Of a DNA stretch of 64,000 bases, positions 57,645-64,000 are shown one piece after another. Numbering within the stretch: the stretch's first letter is position 1; every line of letters begins with the position of its first letter. The DNA comes from Candidatus Brennerbacteria bacterium (GTDB lineage: Bacteria; Patescibacteriota; Minisyncoccia; UBA6257; GWB1-50-10). The DNA is taken from contig JACPEK010000006.1 of assembly GCA_016183535.1 (NCBI GenBank), positions 38,015 through 102,014 on the forward strand. The letters are read 5' to 3'. Below the pieces are notes generated by a model, which worked only from the letters and a program-made list of their open reading frames with translations, did no database searches and was not told where the DNA came from. Made by a program: the position numbers and the translations under genes.

Positions 57645-57748
57645 ATAAAAAATTTTCCGAACGTATGACCTTTGCCGCCGCATTATATCATAAAACGTAA
57701 AAAAGAAATCCCGCGCTTTTCCTATAAAAAAGCGCGGGGTCAAGACTA

Positions 57749-59506
57749 TCAGCCGGTCGCAACCTTTCGGACACTTTCCTCCGGTTCCCCATAAGGAATT
57801 CCTTTCGAGGTCCGGGCAAAAAGGTATGCGGGCGTGCGGTCGGCGCGGGCAATTTCTCTCCAGAAATAATAAGCCTTCCGGAGATGCGCATCCATTTGGA
57901 GCGCCACCTGCCGCACTTCGTGATTGACCGAGAATTTACTCCTCTGCCAGATCACGAATTCCCATTGAGCGAGGTTCCCGCCCATCTGAAACCCCACCAT
58001 GTTGCCGAGCGCGAACGCGTATTGGCATATTTCATGTGGAACGTCCGCGTTCCGCATGTCATGGTAGAGCTTTCGGTTCAGGGCATGCACCCAGGTAAAA
58101 TCCTGGTGCAACCACTGGGGCGCCGGTTTGTCGTATCGGTAGAACCCTATCTCCGGCGTGAGGTACGTGCGGAAATGGGTGCAGAACCCGTGCCGCTCTA
58201 AATCCCGCCAACCGCGGAAACTCATGATGCCGCGGAAGAAACCGGAGAAATACTCGAATTGGTTCGGAAGCTTATCGTGCGGTTCGCGACGTGCGGCGCT
58301 CCGATAAACACCGTCTTCTCCTCCGAAATCGCGGACGGCGACCCGCATCCTCGAGAAAAGGTGCAAATCTTCTTCTCCAACCCAATTCAAAATTTTCGGC
58401 CCCATAAGCCCGCTCGGATTGGAGAAAAAAAACCGCGCAACCGAAAGATACCGCCAATCTTCCCGCTTCGCGGAGGTAATTTCCACGTGCCGCAGGAACT
58501 GGTCACCGCCAATCTTCTCGGATTCTTCCATGATAAGCTCGGCGAGTGCGATATTTTCCGGAGTGTTATCGAGAAGAAGATGTTTAATGAGCTCCGGGAA
58601 CGCTTCGCCGCTTACCGACACCCCGAGTGAGGTTAGGGTCGCGGCCGGCAGAAGATTGCCGAGTAGATCGCATGCTTCTCCTTTTACCGCGGCGGCAAGT
58701 TCACGCTCTGGCGTTTTTTCCGCATGCGCTTCGCGGAAAAACGCCTCAAGATTTCCTTTACTCATCCTCATCTGGTATTGCGCGAGGATGGCACGCGTCT
58801 CGCGCTCCACACGCGCCGCAAAATCGCCGTGGAGACGAGAATCGAGATCTTCCCAGAAGGGGTAGAGTTGCGCCTTATCCATCCGCACGAAGCGGGTGGA
58901 AAGCTCAATGTAGCCGGCCCCGGGACGACCCCATTCGAACGATTTCGCGGCAAGAATGGAGATTCCCTCCACGCCGAAGGTGAGCGTCGCGCCGCGCGCG
59001 ATCGAATTATGTCCGTACTTATCGAGAAAGAGCGCCATAAACCATCTGAAACGCGGTGATGACGCGAGCTTCCTGAAATATACGGGGTCCGCAGATGCGC
59101 GGATGAATTTGCCGAAGAGCGTTCGATGCTCCTCGGAAAACGATACGAACGCTTCGAGCGAGGTGAGGTGATGCTCTCTGATAAATTTCTGCATCGCCTC
59201 CACCAAAAACTTAAGCTCCGCGGCGCTTGCGGGCTCTGACTTAAACCTCTCCGAGAAGCTCAAGAGAATGAGCGGGAGAAGATTATCCACGAAATGTCCG
59301 CGGATGCCCCGCGCGTTCTCCATCCGCGAATACATGGAAAGAAGCGCGGCGAGAACGGAAGGCGGGAAACTGAAGATGAAGAACACCCGCTTAGCCGCAT
59401 TCGTGAAAAACGGGCGAAGCGCGCGGGCTTCAAGCGGGGTGAATGTATACTCTGCCGCGGTGCGTACCCATCGGCGCGCGCCGGAAAAACCAGCTATACG
59501 TGGCAT
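57749..59506 (-). CDS. thyX: FAD-dependent thymidylate synthase, tandem-domain form
   Basis: YGHNSIA, YIELSTRF, second domain RDLERH; 585 aa. Confidence 0.8.
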   Translation of the reverse strand: MPRIAGFSGARRWVRTAAEYTFTPLEARALRPFFTNAAKRVFFIFSFPPSVLAALLSMYSRMENARGIRGHFVDNLLPLILLSFSERFKSEPASAAELKFLVEAMQKFIREHHLTSLEAFVSFSEEHRTLFGKFIRASADPVYFRKLASSPRFRWFMALFLDKYGHNSIARGATLTFGVEGISILAAKSFEWGRPGAGYIELSTRFVRMDKAQLYPFWEDLDSRLHGDFAARVERETRAILAQYQMRMSKGNLEAFFREAHAEKTPERELAAAVKGEACDLLGNLLPAATLTSLGVSVSGEAFPELIKHLLLDNTPENIALAELIMEESEKIGGDQFLRHVEITSAKREDWRYLSVARFFFSNPSGLMGPKILNWVGEEDLHLFSRMRVAVRDFGGEDGVYRSAARREPHDKLPNQFEYFSGFFRGIMSFRGWRDLERHGFCTHFRTYLTPEIGFYRYDKPAPQWLHQDFTWVHALNRKLYHDMRNADVPHEICQYAFALGNMVGFQMGGNLAQWEFVIWQRSKFSVNHEVRQVALQMDAHLRKAYYFWREIARADRTPAYLFARTSKGIPYGEPEESVRKVATG

Positions 59507-59558
59507 ATATATACCCTCCTTATATTGTGAATGTTCTTTTGGAACTGTCCGGACTCTA

Positions 59559-59597
59559 AAACAAAAGCCGCCCTCGTGGCAAGGGCGGCTTTTGTTT
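59559..59597 (-). terminator. groEL terminator
   Basis: aaacaaaagccgccct...agggcggcttttgttt. Confidence 0.85.
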
Positions 59598-59609
59598 ATA
59601 GGCCTTCAC

Positions 59610-61250
59610 TTAGTAATCCATCCCCCCCGGCATGCCACCCGCGGGCGGCGCTTCTTTCTTCGGAATATCCGAGACTGCGGCGCCGATCGTGAGGTATGTC
59701 GAGGCAACCGAGACCGCGTTCTGGAGTGCTGTCTTCGTTACCTTCAAGGGATCAATGATGCCGGCTTCCTTGAGATCACCGATCTCGTTTGAGATCGCAT
59801 TGAACCCAAGCCACACCTTTCCTCCTTTCGCCTTCTGGTTCTTCAATTCCGCGATGATGCGCATGGGCGTCTCGCCGCTATTCGCCACGATTGCGGAAAT
59901 GGGCGTCTCGAGCGCACGCTCAAGAATAGCATGCGCCGTCGCCGCAACCGGATTTTTCTTTTCTGAATTCGCGGACTCGAGCGCGACGTTCATGAGCGCG
60001 ATACCGCCGCCCGGCACGATTCCCTCCTCCATCGCCGCGCGCGTCGCCGCAACTGCGTCCTCCACCCGCTGTTTCAATTCCTTCTGCGCGGATTCGGTCG
60101 GCGCACCCACCTTGATGACCGCAACGCCGCCCGCGAGCTTACCCAGCCGCTCGTTCAATTTTTCCCTATCGTAGTCGGAGTCCGTGCGCTTCACCTGTTC
60201 GCGAATCTGCCTCACGCGTTCCTCGATCGTTTTTTTGTCGCCCTTCCCGTCCACGATCGTTGTTTTGTCCTTGTCCGCCACCACGCGGTGCGCATGGCCG
60301 AGTTCTTCAAGTCCCACGTTCTCGAGTTTTTTCCCAAGATCTTCGGACACGAGCGAGGCTCCCGTTACGGTAGCGATATCCTGCAACATCTCTTTTTTCC
60401 GGTCGCCGAAACCGGGGGCTTTGACCGCGAGCACGTTGAAAATGCCACGGATTTTGTTCACCACGAGCGTGGCGAGCGCTTCGCCCTCCACTTCCTCGGC
60501 GACAATTACCAATTCCTTCTTCCCGCTCTGCACCGCCTTCTCGAGGAGCGGCAGGAGTTCCTGAATAGAGGAAATCTTCCGGTCGGTTACGAGAATCGCG
60601 GGGTCTTCGATCGCGGACTCCATACGCTCCTGGTTCGTCACCATGTAGGGCGAGATGTAGCCGCGGTCGAATTGCATACCCTCCACCATTTCGTACGAAT
60701 TGCCGATAGTGTTCGAGTCCTCGATCGTAACCACGCCCTCACGGCCCACTTTCCCCATGACCTCGGCGATCAAGGCGCCGATCGTGGCGTCCTTCGCGGA
60801 GAGTGTTGCGACTTCCTCAACTTTCTTCGGGTCGTTGATGGGCTCTTTCTGCGCCTCAAGACTCTTTACAATCATCTCGCTTCCTTTCTTCAGCTCCTCC
60901 GCAAGTTGGATCACGTTGAACCCCTTCTCTCGGATCGCCTTCTCCCCTTCCTCGATCATCGCGTGCGCCAAAACCACCGAAGTCGTGGTGCCGTCGCCCA
61001 CGTTGTCGTTCGTCTTGTCCGCCGCTTGCTTCAGAAACTCGGCGCCGAGGTTTTCATATTTGTCCTCGAGCTCGATTTCCTTCGCGACCGTCACGCCGTC
61101 GAAAGTAACCTGCGGCGCGCCGAATGATTTCTCGAGCACCACCGCGCGGCCACGCGGACCCAAGGTCATCCGTACGGACTCCGCGAGCTTGTCGATGCCC
61201 TTCTTCATCGCCGCACGCGCTTCTTCGTTGAATTTGATTTGTTTCGCCAT
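59610..61250 (-). CDS. groL: Chaperonin GroEL
   Basis: GDGTTT, EGMQFDRGY, GGM tail. Confidence 0.99.
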   Translation of the reverse strand: MAKQIKFNEEARAAMKKGIDKLAESVRMTLGPRGRAVVLEKSFGAPQVTFDGVTVAKEIELEDKYENLGAEFLKQAADKTNDNVGDGTTTSVVLAHAMIEEGEKAIREKGFNVIQLAEELKKGSEMIVKSLEAQKEPINDPKKVEEVATLSAKDATIGALIAEVMGKVGREGVVTIEDSNTIGNSYEMVEGMQFDRGYISPYMVTNQERMESAIEDPAILVTDRKISSIQELLPLLEKAVQSGKKELVIVAEEVEGEALATLVVNKIRGIFNVLAVKAPGFGDRKKEMLQDIATVTGASLVSEDLGKKLENVGLEELGHAHRVVADKDKTTIVDGKGDKKTIEERVRQIREQVKRTDSDYDREKLNERLGKLAGGVAVIKVGAPTESAQKELKQRVEDAVAATRAAMEEGIVPGGGIALMNVALESANSEKKNPVAATAHAILERALETPISAIVANSGETPMRIIAELKNQKAKGGKVWLGFNAISNEIGDLKEAGIIDPLKVTKTALQNAVSVASTYLTIGAAVSDIPKKEAPPAGGMPGGMDY

Positions 61251-61337
61251 ATTTTTTTTACGAATAAACACGAATGTTTACGTGGATATCATGAATCGTC
61301 TCGGTTTCTCTCCGTGAAAATTCGTCCACGTTCGCGC

Positions 61338-61637
61338 TCATTCAATAATCCCTAAAATGTCGTCCTCCTCCACGAGGTAGAACTTTGTTCCGTTCTCCTC
61401 GAACTTGTGATCGTCCGACCACGGTTCCTTGAAGAGCACGCTGTCACCGACCTTGACCGAGAGCGGGAGTCGCTCTCCCTTCTCTGAAAGTTTCCCGGGA
61501 CCTACCGCCGTTACCTTCCCCCGCACCTGCTTCTTTCTGTCCGCCGTATCGGGGAGCACAATGCCGGACTTCGTCGTTTTTGCGTCGTCCGCGATCGCCT
61601 CCACCAGCACGTGATTTGAGAGTGGTTTGAATTTCAT
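61338..61637 (-). CDS. groS: Co-chaperonin GroES
   Basis: TKSGIVLPD, AVGPG, DILGI. Confidence 0.98.
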   Translation of the reverse strand: MKFKPLSNHVLVEAIADDAKTTKSGIVLPDTADRKKQVRGKVTAVGPGKLSEKGERLPLSVKVGDSVLFKEPWSDDHKFEENGTKFYLVEEDDILGIIE

Positions 61638-61666
61638 CGTTCAGCACACTCCGCCGTTTAATTTAA

Positions 61667-61693
61667 TTGGCAGTAACGACCTTTTACTGCTAA
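61667..61693 (-). promoter_or_regulatory. CIRCE-like operator
   Basis: TTAGCAGTA-N9-TACTGCCAA upstream of groES and downstream of TTGACA-N16-TAGAAT. Confidence 0.75.
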
Positions 61694-61778
61694 TGGCAAA
61701 AACCATTCTAGCCGCGCCAATAAACCTGTCAACCCCGGCCGTTGCGAAATCGCCGGCGCACGGACTAAGATAAGCGCA

Positions 61779-63539
61779 ATGGCGTTCCTCGAACGATACG
61801 GAAGCGAGGGCCTCGTGCAAAAAGCGCGCCGATTTGCCGAGACCGCGCACCAAGGAGCATTCCGCGTCTCCGGCGATCCGTATATCACCCACTGTCTTGC
61901 GGTCGCGGAAACCGTCGCGGAGTGGGGACTTGATGAACCCTCCGTGGCGGCGGCGCTCCTCCACGATGTGGCGGAGGATACCTCGCACACGCTCGCCGAC
62001 CTTGAGCGCGTGTTCGGCGCCGAAGTAAAATTTCTCGTCGAGGGACTCACAAAACTGAAAACAATCCCCTCGAACGAGGGGGAAGAAAAAGCCGAGAACC
62101 TCCGCAAGTTCATCGTTTCATTCGCGGAAGACATACGGGTTTTAATCATCAAACTTGCCGACCGTCTCCACAACATGAAAACGCTCGCCGCACTGCCCCC
62201 GGACGATCGGAAGAGGATTGCCGATGAAACAATCGAAATCTACGCCCCGCTCGCCTACCGACTCGGCATGCAAAAACTCTCCGGAGAACTTGAGGATCTC
62301 GCGTTCCCCCACGCGCTCCCCGAAGAATTCGCGTGGCTCGCACGCGCCATCCAAGATCCTTACGAAGAGCGGCTCGCGTACGCGGAGCTCCTCATATCGA
62401 AAATTCGCAGCCTCTTCGCCACACACCGCATTGAACCGGTCGCGCTCGACGCCCGCGCCAAGCGCCACTACAGTCTCTACAAAAAACTCATCCGCCACGA
62501 CATGGACGTTACGAAAATTTATGACCTCGTCGCGGTGAGAATCGTAATGCCAACGGTCGCCGATTGCTACGCCGCACTCGGCGCGATCCACCAGGAATGG
62601 CCGCCGCTCCCCGGGCGATTCAAAGACTATATCGCCCGCCCCAAGCCGAACGGCTATCGGAGTCTCCACACCACCGTGTTTTGCGTGGATCATAAGATCA
62701 CCGAATTTCAGATACGCACACTCGAAATGCACGAGGAAGCGGAGCTCGGCATCGCCGCCCACTGGGCATACCAACAAGCGCGAAACAATCCCGAGGGAAC
62801 GGCGCGCTGGGAAGGCATGCGCGATCGCAAGGAACTCCGCTGGGTGGAACAGCTCCGTAATTGGCAAAATGCGCTCGGCAACCAAGAGGAATTCGTTCAG
62901 AGTCTCAAAGCGGATTTCTTCAAGGATCGCATCTTCGTGCTCACGCCGGCGAACGACGTGATTGATCTCCCCGCCGGAGCATCGCCTGTGGATTTCGCCT
63001 ACCGCATCCATTCAGACCTCGGTGCGAGCTGTGTGGGGGCGAAAGTGAACGGAAAAATGACCCCGCTCGACGCGGAGCTTCGTTCCGGAGATATAGTCGA
63101 GATCATATCCCAACGCGGAAAAAAACCCTCGGAGGACTGGCTCCGTTTCGTGAAAACCGCCCAAGCGAAGCAAAAAATACGCGGCGCCATCCGGAACTCC
63201 GACCGCCGCTTTAAAGAGCGCGCAGAAAGCCGCGTCATCTCATTCCACGTTACGAATGAAGATCGGCCGGGGTATCTCAAAGACGTAACGGCGATTTTCG
63301 GAAACGCCAGGGTGAACATCCTGCGGCTCGCAAGCAACACCGATCCGCGACGCGCGTTTGCGAGCGTGCTCGTCGAGTGCGCGGAACCGTCCAAAGACGC
63401 CGTCGAAAAACTTCTCGTCAAACTCAAGGCGCTCCCCGGCACGCGCGAGGTTCATTGCACCCACCACGACGCCGCTAGGCCTCTTCGCCGAGGAGGCGGT
63501 CGCGGAGACCGCGGTATTCCTCGTCGGAATAAAAAATAA
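61779..63539 (+). CDS. RelA/SpoT family (p)ppGpp synthetase/hydrolase
   Basis: HD domain (LLHDVAED, KLADRLHNM), synthetase (KPNGYRSLHT), TGS and ACT domains. Confidence 0.95.
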   Translation: MAFLERYGSEGLVQKARRFAETAHQGAFRVSGDPYITHCLAVAETVAEWGLDEPSVAAALLHDVAEDTSHTLADLERVFGAEVKFLVEGLTKLKTIPSNEGEEKAENLRKFIVSFAEDIRVLIIKLADRLHNMKTLAALPPDDRKRIADETIEIYAPLAYRLGMQKLSGELEDLAFPHALPEEFAWLARAIQDPYEERLAYAELLISKIRSLFATHRIEPVALDARAKRHYSLYKKLIRHDMDVTKIYDLVAVRIVMPTVADCYAALGAIHQEWPPLPGRFKDYIARPKPNGYRSLHTTVFCVDHKITEFQIRTLEMHEEAELGIAAHWAYQQARNNPEGTARWEGMRDRKELRWVEQLRNWQNALGNQEEFVQSLKADFFKDRIFVLTPANDVIDLPAGASPVDFAYRIHSDLGASCVGAKVNGKMTPLDAELRSGDIVEIISQRGKKPSEDWLRFVKTAQAKQKIRGAIRNSDRRFKERAESRVISFHVTNEDRPGYLKDVTAIFGNARVNILRLASNTDPRRAFASVLVECAEPSKDAVEKLLVKLKALPGTREVHCTHHDAARPLRRGGGRGDRGIPRRNKK

Positions 63540-64000
63540 TCTCAATCGTTCCTTCCGCGCCTCTACGTGTCACCTTCACCGGCGCCCCGAGTTTTTCCTC
63601 GAGCGCCCGCGCCGTCGCGACGTCTTCCGGAGAAACAATGTGCACGGCGGCTTTTCTGCGGGGCCGCGTACCGCTACGCCCCGAGAAAAATTTAACAAAA
63701 AGCGCGCGGCGAGCCGCAGGTTCCGCAACGGAAAGGAGCACGCGGGCGTGAGATTCGGTGATCGTTCCCGACGCGAGCGCCTCGAGTTCCTCCGCAGAAA
63801 GCTGGAGAAGCCGGAGCGTGTTCGCCACCGTCTCGCGACTCTTTCCCATCCGCGCGCCGATCTCGCGCTGGGTCAAACCGAATTCTTCCTGAAGCCGCGC
63901 ATAGGCGCGAGCCGCCTCAAGGGGAGAGAGGTTGCTCCGCTGGATATTCTCGATGAGCGCTATTTCGAGCTTCGCACGATGCGAATCGAGCGCCTTCACT
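63475..64000 (-). CDS. parB: ParB partition protein (5' end outside the window)
   Basis: IALIENIQRSNLSPLEAA, HTH, GTIEIIFYS. Confidence 0.92.
   Translation of the reverse strand, partial: VKALDSHRAKLEIALIENIQRSNLSPLEAARAYARLQEEFGLTQREIGARMGKSRETVANTLRLLQLSAEELEALASGTITESHARVLLSVAEPAARRALFVKFFSGRSGTRPRRKAAVHIVSPEDVATARALEEKLGAPVKVTRRGAEGTIEIIFYSDEEYRGLRDRLLGEEA

Noticed and set aside
63475-63539. 65-bp convergent overlap of relA/spoT and parB
   Set aside because: Simple stop-codon drift in a compact genome
3006-63999. Alternative genetic code (UGA recoding)
   Set aside because: Conserved genes are intact in code 11 and many end in TGA

Overview
64 kb of chromosome from a GC-rich Patescibacteria/CPR (Parcubacteria-like) bacterium, genetic code 11. 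The lineage is inferred from gene content and style. Most of the window is housekeeping: serS, lysS, greA, the mreB/C/D-PBP2 cluster, proS, rseP, frr, holB, the alpha r-protein cluster, secDF, uvrC, cysS, dnaB, recR, rplU, thyX, groESL, relA/spoT, parB and tRNA-Ser. Accessory features: (1) A diversity-generating retroelement at 1-2340. Its avd lies antisense and head-to-head to the RT, there is a C12 tract at the junction, and the repeat at the template position is adenine-depleted and almost identical to the variable region. (2) Two stand-alone Avd-like four-helix-bundle genes, each bracketed by inverted short-repeat arms. Similar ORF-less palindromic 7-9-mer arrays sit at many gene junctions, and heptamer arrays occur in frame inside genes, including different arrays at the same two loops of two paralogous surface proteins. 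(3) Two small DNA-binding genes, each flanked on both sides by copies of its own palindrome. (4) A 141-nt tRNA-like RNA behind two zinc-ribbon mini-genes. (5) An 11 kb surface-protein/cupredoxin island. All calls come from reading the sequence and motif recognition; no database searches were run.
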